DNA of 64,000 bases from an uncultured Verrucomicrobiae bacterium. Lineage in GTDB: Bacteria; Verrucomicrobiota; Verrucomicrobiia; Chthoniobacterales; Chthoniobacteraceae. Of this stretch, positions 1-10,824 are shown piece by piece. The stretch is taken from the NCBI GenBank assembly GCA_963769025.1, contig CAVYKI010000009.1, positions 1,152,001-1,216,000 on the forward strand, given 5' to 3'. A model generated the notes under the pieces. That model was not told the origin of the DNA. It searched no databases and saw only the letters and a program-made list of their open reading frames with translations. Within the stretch, counting starts at the first letter, position 1. Each line of letters opens with the position of its first letter. The translations under genes were made by a program, and so were the position numbers.

Positions 1-2480
1 TCAGTCGCGACCTTGATCTTCAGATCATTCAGCTCCGACGCGATCTCGCTCTCCCGCGCACGCAGCATTTCGAGCGACCCCTGCGCCTCCGTGCGCCGCG
101 TGAGCATGGACTCAAATGCCTGCATCGCGCCGCGAATCTCTTCCTCGAGTTCCGCAATTCTGCCCGCCGCCTCGGCCCGGCGCGACTCCGCGCTCTGCCG
201 CTCCCATTCGAGGCTCTCGTTCCGGCGAGTCGTCTCCGTGAGCTGCGAATCGAGCATCTGCACCTGCCCCTGCAGCGTCCCGAGCCGCACGGTCGCGTTC
301 TGCTTTTCCTCGCGCGCCTCGGTCAGTTGCGCGTTCGCGGATTCCATCCGCTGCAAAATCTCAGCCTGCCGCACGACGATGCCATCCAGCACCGCCTGGA
401 GCCGCGCGACTTCCGCTTCGAGCGCCAGCGTCTGGTTCTTCCGCGCAAGCACGGAGCCGCCTGCGTCGCTCGCCGTGCCGCCGGTCAGCAAACCTTCCGT
501 CGTCAGCACCTCGCCCGCGAGCGTCACGGCGCAGAGCCTGCGATTTTCGGCATGGGCGCGCTGCTGGATCCGGATTGCGGCATCCACGCCTTGAACGATC
601 ACGTGATCCGCGAGCAGCGCGGCGAGCAAAGGCCGCATTGCGTCGTCCACGCGCACCTTGTCGATCGCCCATGCGAGCGCGCCCTCGGGCAGGAATTGCC
701 CCTGCGACGGCGCCGCCGGTTGCAGTTCGCGCAGCAGCAGCGTCGCGCGTCCCCACTTCTTCGCCGCGAGCGTCCGCATCACCGACTCCGCGACCATCGC
801 GTCCTTCATCAAAATCGCCTGCAAGTTCTGCCCGAGCGCCGCCTCGATCGCCGTGACGAATTCCGGCTCGACCGTCAGGTGCTCCGTCAGCGCGCCAGCG
901 ATGGCCGCCTGGAAGAACTCCGGGTTATCGAGCCCGCGCAGCACCGCCTGCGTGCCTTCGCCGAATCCTTCGCCCTCCGCCGCGAGCTGGCGCAGCACTT
1001 CGAGGCTCCCCGCCTTCTCACTCAGCGCACGCTGCGCTTCCGCAAATTCCCGGTCCACCTGCGCCTTCTCCGCGGCCGCGGACTGCACCGCACCCGAAGC
1101 CTCCGCGAGCGACGATGTCCACGATTCGAGATTCCTGTTCGCGTCGTCGAGCTGCGCCACCGCGGTCGCGCGCTGCTCGCCGAGCCGCGTCGCCGCTTCC
1201 GTCGCCGCCGCGACTTCGCTCGCCAGCACCGCCAGCCGCGCCTCCGCGCCGTCCTGCTGCTGCGTCGCGCCCGAGATTGCCATGCGCAGGCTCGCGAGCT
1301 TGCTCTCGATTCTCCCCGCCTCGTTTGCGAGCGATGAGATCTGCGCATCCGCCTCCTGCCGCTGACCCGTGAGGTCCGCCGTCTGCGCCTGCACATCCTC
1401 CATGCGCCGCAGCTCCGACGCGAGCAATGTGCTGATCTGCTCGAGCTGCACGTCCGCCTCGCGCAGCTTCGATTCCGCATCCTGGAAACGCTCCTGCGCG
1501 CCGGCGATGTCCGCGCGATAGCGATCCGCGAGCTGGCCAAATTCCGTCACGCGCTCGGCATTGAACGCCAGCCGGCTCTCGTGGTTCGCGATGCGCGAAT
1601 GCAGGTCCTGCACGGACTGCCGCGCCTGCGCGAGCCGGCCCTCCATTTCCTCCAGCGCCACGCGCCGGTCGTGCGCCGTGGATTCCTCCGCCTCGATCTG
1701 CGAGTCAATCTCCGCCTGCCGCGCCACGAGATTTTCCAGCTCCTCCGCGCCGGCAGCGCGCGAATTCTCCAGTTCGTCCCACTGGCGCTTCGTGCTGTGC
1801 GTTTCGAGCACGCGCAGATCGTCCAGCATTCCCTGGTAGCGCCGCGCCTTCGCCGCCTGCCGCTGCACGCTGCCGATCTGCCGCTTCACTTCGCGGATGA
1901 TGTCCGCGAGCCGCACGAGATTCGCCTCCGTCGCCTCCAGCTTGCGCAGCGCCTCCTTGCGCTGGCTCTTGTATTTCGTGATGCCCGCCGCCTCCTCGAA
2001 AATCGCCCGCCGATCCTCCGGCCGCGACGAAAGGATGAGGTCAATTTTCCCCTGCTCCATGATCGAATAAGCGCTGCGCCCGATGCCGGTGTCCATGAAC
2101 AGCGTGTGAATGTCCTTCAGCCGACACGGCGTCCCGTTCAGCAGATACTCCGAGCCGCCTTCGCGGAAAACGCGCCGCGTGATTTTCACCTCATGCCAGT
2201 CCAGCCCGAGCTGCTCCTCGCATTCGCTGAAAGTCATCGAGACCTCCGCCATCCCCAGCGCCGGCCGCGAGTCCGTGCCGGAGAAAATCACGTCCGTCAT
2301 TTCGCCGCCGCGCAGCGCCTTCGCCGACTGCTCGCCGAGCACCCATCGGATCGAGTCCAGCACGTTCGACTTGCCGCACCCGTTTGGCCCGACGACGCAC
2401 GTCACGCCGGGGTCAAAATTGAGGGTCGTTTTCGGCGCGAATGACTTGAAACCAAAGATGTCGAGGCTCTTGAGATACAT
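1..2480 (-). CDS. smc: Chromosome segregation protein SMC, N-terminal ~826 aa; 3' end outside the window
   Basis: Own translation from ATG at 2480: MYLKSLDIFGFKSFAPKTTLNFDPGVTCVVGPNGCGKSNVLDSIRWVLGEQSAKALRGG (SMC N-terminal Walker A), followed by coiled-coil and hinge-like sequence. The same frame reads RARESEIASELNDLKIKVAT at the left edge. Absent from the ORF track, as expected if no stop is reached. Confidence 0.97.
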   Translation of the reverse strand, partial: MYLKSLDIFGFKSFAPKTTLNFDPGVTCVVGPNGCGKSNVLDSIRWVLGEQSAKALRGGEMTDVIFSGTDSRPALGMAEVSMTFSECEEQLGLDWHEVKITRRVFREGGSEYLLNGTPCRLKDIHTLFMDTGIGRSAYSIMEQGKIDLILSSRPEDRRAIFEEAAGITKYKSQRKEALRKLEATEANLVRLADIIREVKRQIGSVQRQAAKARRYQGMLDDLRVLETHSTKRQWDELENSRAAGAEELENLVARQAEIDSQIEAEESTAHDRRVALEEMEGRLAQARQSVQDLHSRIANHESRLAFNAERVTEFGQLADRYRADIAGAQERFQDAESKLREADVQLEQISTLLASELRRMEDVQAQTADLTGQRQEADAQISSLANEAGRIESKLASLRMAISGATQQQDGAEARLAVLASEVAAATEAATRLGEQRATAVAQLDDANRNLESWTSSLAEASGAVQSAAAEKAQVDREFAEAQRALSEKAGSLEVLRQLAAEGEGFGEGTQAVLRGLDNPEFFQAAIAGALTEHLTVEPEFVTAIEAALGQNLQAILMKDAMVAESVMRTLAAKKWGRATLLLRELQPAAPSQGQFLPEGALAWAIDKVRVDDAMRPLLAALLADHVIVQGVDAAIRIQQRAHAENRRLCAVTLAGEVLTTEGLLTGGTASDAGGSVLARKNQTLALEAEVARLQAVLDGIVVRQAEILQRMESANAQLTEAREEKQNATVRLGTLQGQVQMLDSQLTETTRRNESLEWERQSAESRRAEAAGRIAELEEEIRGAMQAFESMLTRRTEAQGSLEMLRARESEIASELNDLKIKVAT

Positions 2481-2544
2481 GGGATGCGAAAGGTCTAGTG
2501 GGGGTTTGACCGCGGAGGATGAAAAAGACTAAAACGCCGCGCAA

Positions 2545-2592
2545 GCACTATTACGAGTGGTCGCGCGAAAAGTGGACCCCTGCATCTTGTGG
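2545..2592. promoter_or_regulatory. Candidate tandem NrdR-box pair upstream of smc
   Basis: GCACTATTACGAGTGG (2545-2560) and CCCCTGCATCTTGTGG (2577-2592) are 16-bp imperfect palindromes resembling aCaCwAtATaTwGtGt, with starts 32 bp apart. Confidence 0.4.
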
Positions 2593-2752
2593 CACGCCCG
2601 GCGTCTCTGACATGCGCCTTTTCCCTTGAATCCGAGCGAAAAACGATCCTTCACGATGCCGTTTTCGCCCGGAGGCGCCTGTCACCGCACGAAAGGACGC
2701 CGTGCCACGTTTTCGCGCTGACAGCGCATCGCACGGGACTACTCTCCGCACG

Positions 2753-3658
2753 ATGCAGACGCTCACACTCGGCACAGGAAACCTCACCGCCACACGCCTC
2801 GCCTACGGCTGCTGGAGGCTTGCCGGGAGCGAGGGCGGACCGCGCCTCGACGACTCCGAAGGCAAGGCCGCCGTGCGCGCGGCCTACGACGCCGGCTACA
2901 CGCTCTTCGACCACGCTGACATCTACGGACGAGGCGAGTGCGAGCGCATTTTTGGCAAAGTGCTCCGCGACACGCCGGGCATGCGACAGCGCATCGTCCT
3001 CGCGACGAAGTGCGGAATCTGCCCGCCGTGGGACGGCCGCACGCATTGCTACGACTCCTCGGGTGCCTACATCGTCGCCTCCGTCGAAGGCTCGCTGAAG
3101 CGGCTCGGCGTGGATTTCGTGGACTTGCTGATGATTCACCGGCCCGACTTCCTCGGTGACCCGCTCGATATCGCCGCCGCCTTTGCACAGCTCCGCGCGC
3201 AGGGAAAAGTGCGCGAATTCGGCGTGAGCAACTTCCGTCCATCGCAGCTCGCCGCGCTGCAAAAGCACTGTTCGATGCCGCTCGTCGTGAACCAGGTCGA
3301 AGTCAGCCTCGCCGCCCTCGCCTGCCTCGACGACGGCACGCTCGACCAGTGCCTGGCCGAGTGCATCACGCCCATGGCCTGGAGCCCGCTCGCCAAAGGC
3401 CTGCTCCTCGATGCGCCGCGCGACGAACGCGCGAAAAAACTTCAAGCGCTCCTCGCAACTATCGCCGCAGAAAAGGGTGCAACGCCTGCCGCCGTCGCCG
3501 TCGCCTGGCTGCTGCGCCATCCATCGCGCATGATGCCGATCATCGGTTCGGTAAATCCCGATCGCATCCGCGAAGTCACCCGCTCCGACGCCATCGAACT
3601 CACGCGCGGCGAGTGGTATTCCCTGCTCACCGCTGCCCGCGGGACCGCCCTGCCGTAG
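2753..3658 (+). CDS. Aldo/keto reductase (YdhF-like)
   Basis: RLAYGCWRL, LFDHADIYG, LATKCGI, LLMIHRPD, FGVSNF, NQVEVS, AWSPLA motifs. Start at ATG 2753, 7 nt after TACTCT. Confidence 0.93.
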   Translation: MQTLTLGTGNLTATRLAYGCWRLAGSEGGPRLDDSEGKAAVRAAYDAGYTLFDHADIYGRGECERIFGKVLRDTPGMRQRIVLATKCGICPPWDGRTHCYDSSGAYIVASVEGSLKRLGVDFVDLLMIHRPDFLGDPLDIAAAFAQLRAQGKVREFGVSNFRPSQLAALQKHCSMPLVVNQVEVSLAALACLDDGTLDQCLAECITPMAWSPLAKGLLLDAPRDERAKKLQALLATIAAEKGATPAAVAVAWLLRHPSRMMPIIGSVNPDRIREVTRSDAIELTRGEWYSLLTAARGTALP

Positions 3659-3667
3659 CCGGGATCG

Positions 3668-4788
3668 CTACTTTGGCGCAGCGGCGCGCAATTCATTACC
3701 GAGCACGCGCGCCTGCTCGTCGTCCGCGCAAATCGCTTCGGCCTTCGCCAGTTCGGCGAGCGCCTCATCGCGGCGATTCTGTTCAGTCAGCGAACGCGCC
3801 AGTTGCACACGCGCACGCGCTCTCTCGATCGATGCCTCCACGACCGCCCGCAATTGCAGCAGGTCGCCCCTTCCCGGTTCAGCCTCCAACCCGCTCACGA
3901 TGCTCCCGAGTGCGGCGAGAAGCTGCTTCGCGTCCATGCGTGCCCGTGCGCGTGCCAGCGCATCGCTCGCGGCATTGATCCTCCGCGTCAATTCAGCGCG
4001 ATCGGGCAAGTCCCAATCCGCCACCTGACGGTCCGCCGGGAGCTGGTTTCGCGCGAATGAAGCCACCGCGTCCCACATCGGCAAACCGATCGATAGCGAG
4101 CCGCTTCCGATGAGTGATCTTCGCATATCCGCGCGCGGACTTGATCGCCGTCGCGAGCGAATCCGTTGCCGCATTCACCGCCGCTTCGGACTTCCCACGC
4201 AAGGCAATCGCCTTCGCCCGGATCTCGCCCGCGCGCACCTGGTTCGACATGTCGCCGGGAATCAGCGCTCGGGCGGTCCGCGACCTGCGCATTGCGGAGC
4301 AGTCGCGCCACCTCCGCGAGATCCCGCTGCAACATCTGGTGCGCCGCCGCGAGGTCCGCGGTCGCCTTGCGCAGCGTCTCGCACTGCAGCGCGAGATTCA
4401 TCGCGACCGCGTCCACATTCTGCCCCGTCGAGGCACGGACAAACTGCGCTCGCGCCCCGGCCATGTCGCCCTGCTGCATCGTCCGCACGCCTGACTGGAG
4501 CAGCGCCCAACAGTCCTTCGGCGCCGGCTCCAAGGCCGAGTCCGCGCAATGCAGCGCAAACGGTTTCCCGTCGCTCCCGAAGGCCAGCAGATACACGCGC
4601 CCCGCCGCGCGATCGTAACGCATCACCTTGAACGTCTCGCCGATCTTCCCCGTGCGAAAGACGCCCTCCTTAAAGTGCAGCGGCTCATCGCGCCGCAGCC
4701 GCACCTCATCCTCCGCCGCAAACTGCGCGCGCAACAGACCGCCCGCACAGCAGGCCGCGCATAACACGCTGAGAATCGCCCGCAGCAT
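3668..4788 (-). CDS. Hypothetical exported protein with helical/TPR-like C-terminal part; 2 apparent frameshifts
   Basis: Signal-peptide-like MLRAILSVLCAACCAGGLLRA. Coding-like sequence passes across track ORFs 3988..4842, 3993..4292 and 3668..4174 (frame changes near 4265 and 4100). Confidence 0.6.
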
Positions 4789-4884
4789 CCGGGATTTCCT
4801 TTTGCAAAATGCGGTGCCGGTCATGAGGTCGAAACACTGCATGAGGCGCGGGCTTCCCGCACGTATGAAAAGCCGGGGGCCTTT

Positions 4885-7800
4885 TCAACCGGCCGGCTGT
4901 GCCGGAACCGCGGGAGCCGGCGAATCACCAACGCCTTTTGCACGCCGACGCCGCTCGCTGAACCACATGATGACGACGTAGAAGACCGGCGTGAGGAAGA
5001 GGCCGAAGAAGGTGACGCCGAGCATGCCGAAGAAGACCGCGGTGCCGAGCGCCTGGCGCATTTCGTAGCCGGCGCCGCTGCTGAGGACGAGCGGCAGCAC
5101 GCCGAGGATGAAGGCGAAGCTGGTCATGAGGATCGGCCGCAGGCGCAGCTGGCAGGCTTCGACGGCGGCCGTGAAACGGTCCTTGCCGTCGCGCTCCTGA
5201 ATCTGCTTCGCAAACTCGACGATGAGGATGGCGTTTTTGCACGCGAGGCCGACGAGCACGACGAAGCCGATCTGCGTGAAGATGTTGTTGTCCATGTCGC
5301 GCAGCCAGACGCCGCCGATGGCGCTGAGCAGGCACATCGGCACGATGAGGATGATGGCCAGCGGCAGCGCCCAGCTTTCGTACTGCGCGGCGAGCACGAG
5401 GAAGACGAAGAGCACGCAGAGCGGGAAGATGTAGAGCGCGCTGTTGCCGGCGAGCTTTTGCTGGAGCGTCAGCTCGGTCCACTCGGTGGTGAAGCTCGTC
5501 GGGCAGCGTTTCCTTCGCGAGCTTCTCGACGGCGGCCATCGCCTGGCCGGTGCTGAAGCCGGGCGCGGCGCCGCCGTTGAGATCGGCGGCGGGCCACATG
5601 TTGTAGCGCGTCACTCTGTCCGCGCCGCTGATCTCCTGCACCGTCGCCGACCGCGCCGAGCGGGACCATGCCGCCGCTGGCGTTGCGCGTCTTGAGCAGG
5701 CGGATGTCCTCGGGCGTCAGGCGGAACTTCGCGTCGGCCTGCGCGGTGACGCGGTAGGTGCGGCCGAAGAGGGTGAAGTCATTCACGTAGCTGGAGCCGA
5801 GATAGGTCTGGAGCGTGCCGAAGATGTTGCTCAGCGGGACGTTCATCGTCTTCGCCTTCACGCGATCGACGTCGAGCCAGAGCTGCGGCACGTTGGCGCG
5901 GAAGGTGGTGATGTTGCCCGGCGAGCCCGGCGTCGCGTTCGCCGGCCATCATCAGTCGCGAAGGCCTGCTCTTGCAGCGCCTCGAGCCCGGCGCTGCCGC
6001 GGTCCTGGATGTAGAGCCGGAAGCCGCCGGCATTGCCGACGCCCGCGACGGGCGGCGGCGGGAAGACGCCGGTGAACGCCTCGGGAATCTCGGCGCGAAA
6101 GCGCGCGTTGATCTTCGCGAGGATCGCCGGCATCTGCTCGGTCGGCGCCTTTGCGTTCGGCGAATGGCTTGAACGGGATGAAGACCGCGCCGGTGTTCGA
6201 CTGGTTGCCGCCGAAGAGGTTCATGCCGGCGATCTCCATGGTGTCGAGCACGCCCGGGCGTTTCGCGCGCGATCTTCGCCATCTTGTCGATCGACCTCCT
6301 GCGTGCGATCGAGCGACGCGCCATCGGGGAGCTGGCAGAAGCGACGCCGCGTAGCCCGGTCCTGCGTGGGGATGAAGCCGGTCGGCACGGCCTTGAAACC
6401 GAGCGCGGTGAGGGCGAGCAGGCCCGCGTAGACGACCAGCACGATGCGCGGCGAGGCGCGTGAGCGCGCGCGACGCTCCTGCCGTAGGCGTTCGCGCCCC
6501 AGCCGAAGACCGGTTGAAGCCGCGGAAAAACCAGCCGAGCAGCCCGTCGATCAATCTTCTGGAGCCAGTCCCGCTTCGCGCCGTGCGGCTGCAGCAGGAT
6601 GGCGCCGAGCGCGGGCGAAAGCGTGAGCGAATTGAACGCGGAGATGACGGTGGAGACGGCGATGGTCAGCGCGAACTGCCGGAAGAACTGCCCGGTGATG
6701 CCGCTGATGAACGCCGTCGGGACGAAGACCGCGCCGAGCACCAGCGCGACCGCGATGACCGCGCCGCTCACTTCATTCATCGCCTTGCGCGCCGCGTCGC
6801 GCGGCGCTCAGCCCCTTCGCGATGTGATGCTCGACGTTCTCGACGACCACGATGGCGTCATCGACCACGATGCCGATCGCGAGCACGAGGCCGAAGAGCG
6901 AGAGGTTGTTCAGCGAGAAGCCGAAGCAGCGCCATCACCGCGAACGTGCCGATGAGCGACACCGGCACGGCGAGCAGCGGGATGATCGACGCGCGCCAGT
7001 TTTGCAGAAAGACGAGCACCACGAGCACGACGAGCGCGATGGCTTCGAAGAGCGTCTTCAGCACCTCCTGGATGGACTCGCGCACGGAACGTCGTCGGGT
7101 CGTACTGGATCTCGTAGTCGAGCCCGGCGGGAAATCGCGTCTTCAGCTCCTTCATCTTCGCGCGCACCGCGTCGGCGGTTTCGAGCGCGTTGGTGCCGGG
7201 GAGCTGGAAGATGCCGATGGCCGTGGCGGGCTTGCCGCCGAGCTGGCTGTTCACGGCGTAGTCCTGCGCCGCGAGTTCCACCCGGGCCACGTCGCGCACG
7301 CGGGTGACCTGTCCGTTCGCGCCGGTCTTGACGACGATGTCGCCAAACGCCGCTTCGTCCGCGAGCCGGCCCTGCGTGTTGACCGTGTACTGGAATGCCG
7401 TCGCGCCCGCCGGCACCGGCGGCGCGCCGACGATGCCCGCGGCGACCTGCACGTTCTGCTCGCGGATCGCCTGCACCACGTCCTGCGCGGTGAGTCCGCG
7501 CGCGGCGAGCTTCTCCGGATCGAGCCAGATGCGCATCGCGTACTCGCGCGCGCCGAAGACGTTCACGTCGCCGACGCCGGGGAGCCGCGCGAGTTCGTCG
7601 CGGATCTGCAGCAGCGCGTAGTTGCTCGTGAAAACGCGAATCGCGCGAGCCGTCCGGCGAGACGAGATGCACGACCATCGTGATGTCCGGCGACTGCTTC
7701 TTCGTCGTCACGCCGATGCGCTGCACCTCCTGCGGGCAGCGTCGGCATCGCGACGTCCACGCGGTTCTGCACCAGCACCTGCGCCTCGTCGAGGTCGGTG

Positions 7801-8097
7801 CCGAGCTTGAAGGTGACGTTCAGCGTCATGATGCCGTCGCTCGTGCTCGACGACGACATGTAGAGCATGTTCTCGACGCCATTGATCTGCTGCTCGATCG
7901 GCGTGGCCACGGTGTCCGCGACGGTCTTCGCATTCGCGCCCGGATAGGCCGCCGTGACCTGGACGGTCGGCGGCGCGATGTCCGGATACTGCGCGATCGG
8001 CAGCGTCCAAAGCGCGATGCGCACCGACGAGCGTGATGACGATGCTGATGACGCCCGCGAAGATCGGACGGTCGATGAAGAAATGCGCGAACTTCAT
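4885..8097 (-). CDS. RND multidrug efflux permease (HAE1, MexF/BpeF-like); many apparent frameshifts
   Basis: [90 protein letters not shown] and [19 protein letters not shown] are spread over successive frames. Confidence 0.95.
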
Positions 8098-8104
8098 GGC
8101 TCGC

Positions 8105-9341
8105 CTACTTTGCGCCTTCCGGCTTCGCGCCCTCGGGTTTCACGGCCTCGGGCTTCGGCGGTGCGCCAGCATCTGCCGGCTTTGCGGTCTCGTCCTTCGT
8201 CTCCGCCAGCGGCACGACGGGCATTCCAGGCTGGAGAATCTGCAGCCGAGTCGAGACGACCTTCTCGCCCTGCTTCAGCCCGCTCTTCACGATGCGCAGG
8301 CCTTCCCACATCGTCGCGGTCTCGATGTTTCGCCGCTCGATCGTGTTGTCCGGTTTCACCACGAAGACATACTTCACGCCCTGCTGTGAGTTGATGACCC
8401 TGTCCTCGACCAGCGCGGCCTTGTAAGGCTGCACACCGGCCACGCGGACGCGGACGAAAAAGCCCGGCGTGAGCAGCGGATTCCAGCTCTTGAGAATCAC
8501 GCGCGCGCGCATTGTGCCGGTCGCGGCGTCCAGGCGGTTGTCCACAAAATCAATGTACCCCTCGTGGGGAAAACCGGTCTCGTTGCCGAGTTCCACGAAC
8601 GCCGGCACCTGCGCCTCGCGCGCGGTCTTGCGCTTCCCCTCGTCATTGAGCTTCACGTATTTGAGGATCATGTTTTCGTCCGCATCGATCAGCACGTAGA
8701 TCGGATCAATGGAAACGACGGTCGTGAGCACGCTGTCCTGTCCGGAGCCCGGCTGCACGAGGTTGCCGACCGTGATGCGCTCGTTGCTCACGCGCCCGTC
8801 AATCGGCGAGCGCACGAGCGTAAATTCCAGATTCAGCGCGGACGCGCTCTTTGCCGCCGCCGCCGAGCGCGTCGCCGCGGAAGCCTGCTGCCACGCCGCC
8901 GCCTTCTGATCAAATTCACTCGCCGCGATGATTTTCGACTCCCGCAGTTCCTTCGCGCGATCGAGATCGATCCGTGCCAGTTCGAGTTGCGCCTCCGCCC
9001 GCTCCATTTCCGCAGCGGCCTTGTCGAAATCCGCCTGATAAGGCCGAGGATCGATGACGAAAAAGCGGATCGCCTTTTTTGACAATGGCACCCGCCTTGA
9101 AATGAATCTCGGTAATGTAGCCCGACACGCGCGGCCGGATTTCCACCGACTCGACCGCCTCGATGCGCCCGGTGAATTCATCCCACTCGCGGACTTCCTG
9201 CTCCACGACGGTGACGACATTGACGGGCAGCGGCCCCTGCTCTTGCGGCGGCGGAGCCTTTTTGCACCCGGTGAAGCTCGTGGCGAGGATTACCGCCGCC
9301 GCCAACATGGAATACCAAACTCGTGCGTCCTTGCATGACAT
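8105..9341 (-). CDS. RND efflux periplasmic adaptor (MFP), lipoprotein; 1 frameshift near 9060
   Basis: Lipobox-like SFTGC, EWDEFTGRIEAVESVEIRPRVSGYI, IDPRPYQA, FPHEGYIDFVDNRLDAATGTMRAR. C-terminal KPEAV-KPEGA-KPEGA repeat. Confidence 0.93.
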
Positions 9342-9435
9342 CCCGCGAATGCTACGCCGACGTGCAACTTCGCCAAGGAGTATTCAATTTACACCTCGTA
9401 AGGAATTGCCTCCGACCACGAAGGATTCCGATGAC

Positions 9436-10691
9436 TCAGAACTTCATCGCCTTGATGCGCCGCGCCGACTTCCTCCGCGTTCGCGCGCGAGTTGAACGCG
9501 CTGATGCGGAAGTAGCCTTCGCCCGCGGCACCGAAGCCGCTGCCCGGCGTGATGACGACATTCGCCTCGTTCAGCATCTTGTCGAACATCTCCCAGCTCG
9601 TCAGTCCGCCGCGGGCGTTTCACCCAGATGTACGGCGCATTCACGCCGCCCCACGTCTGCGCAGCCCGCGGCCGTTCGCGGCCTCGCGCAGAACGCGCGC
9701 ATTGCCCATGTAGTGCTCGATCGAGCGCGCGCACCTGCGCCTTGCCCTCGGTGCGAATAGAGCGCCTCGGCGCCGCGCTGGACGATGTACGCGACGCCGT
9801 TGAATTTCGTCGTCTGCCGGCGCAGCCACAGCGGGTGCAGCGGCTTGCTTTTCGCCGCTCGCCGTCGTCGCCATGAGCGTCTTCGGCACGACGATGAATG
9901 CGCAGCGCACGCCGGTGAAGCCGCCATTCTTCGAGAAGCTGCGGAACTCGATCGCGCACTCGCGCGCGCCGGGGATTTCGTAGATGGAATGCGGGACGCC
10001 GGGCTCGCTGATGTAGGCCTCGTAGGCGGCGTCGAAGAGGATCAGCGACTGTCGTTCGCACGCGCGTATGCGACCCACGCTTCGAGCTGCGCGCGCGTCG
10101 CCACCGCGCCGGTCGGGTTGTTCGGCAAGCAGAGGTAAATCGACATCCACCTTCTCCTGCGGCGGCGCGGCGACGAAGCCGTTCGCCGTCGTTGCACTTC
10201 GAGATAGACGAGCCCGGCGTACGCGCCGCGCGCATCCGCCTCGCCGGTGTGCCCGGCCATCACGTTCGTGTCCACATAAACGGGATACACCGGGTCGGTG
10301 ACCGCGATGACGTTCTGCGCGCCGAGGATGTCGAGGATGTTGCCGCGTGTCGCACTTCGTCCCGTCGCACACGAAGATCTCGTCGTCCGCCACGTCGATG
10401 CCATGCGCGCGGTAATCATTCTCCGCGATCGCCTTGCGCAGCCACTCGTAGCCCTGCTCCGGGCCGTAGCCCTTGAAAGCCTCGCGCACGTCGCCATTTC
10501 GTCCACCGCCTTGTGCATCGCCGTGCGGCACCGCCTCCGGCAGCGGCTCCGTCACGTCGCCGATGCCGCAGCGGATCATGCGCTTCGCCGCGTCGGGATT
10601 CGCGTCGGTGAACGCCTTCACGCGCCGTGCGATTTCGGGAAAGAGGTAGCCGGCCTTGAGCTTGAGAGTAGTTGTCGTTGAGGAATGCCAT
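9436..10691 (-). CDS. dapL: LL-diaminopimelate aminotransferase; several apparent frameshifts
   Basis: [100 protein letters not shown]. Confidence 0.95.
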
Positions 10692-10718
10692 GGTGCGGGT
10701 GTGGTTTGCGGGACGGGC

Positions 10719-10747
10719 GATGTAGTGGCTGCGCGCGCGCCGGTCAA
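10719..10747 (-). promoter_or_regulatory. Putative sigma70-type promoter of dapL
   Basis: TTGACC-17 nt-TACATC on the minus strand. Confidence 0.55.
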
Positions 10748-10824
10748 CCGTCCGCGGGAGTTTTCCATTTGTGCGCCGGAATAGGAAACGACACGGTCGC
10801 CCGCAGCATGACACAGACATCCCG

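Noticed and set aside
13..2444. Long + strand ORFs over the first 2.4 kb
   Set aside because: Antisense shadows of smc caused by high GC3; no recognisable motifs.
8108..8155. 15-nt tandem repeat at the MFP 3' end (KPEAV-KPEGA-KPEGA)
   Set aside because: Ordinary low-complexity tail with synonymous divergence between units.
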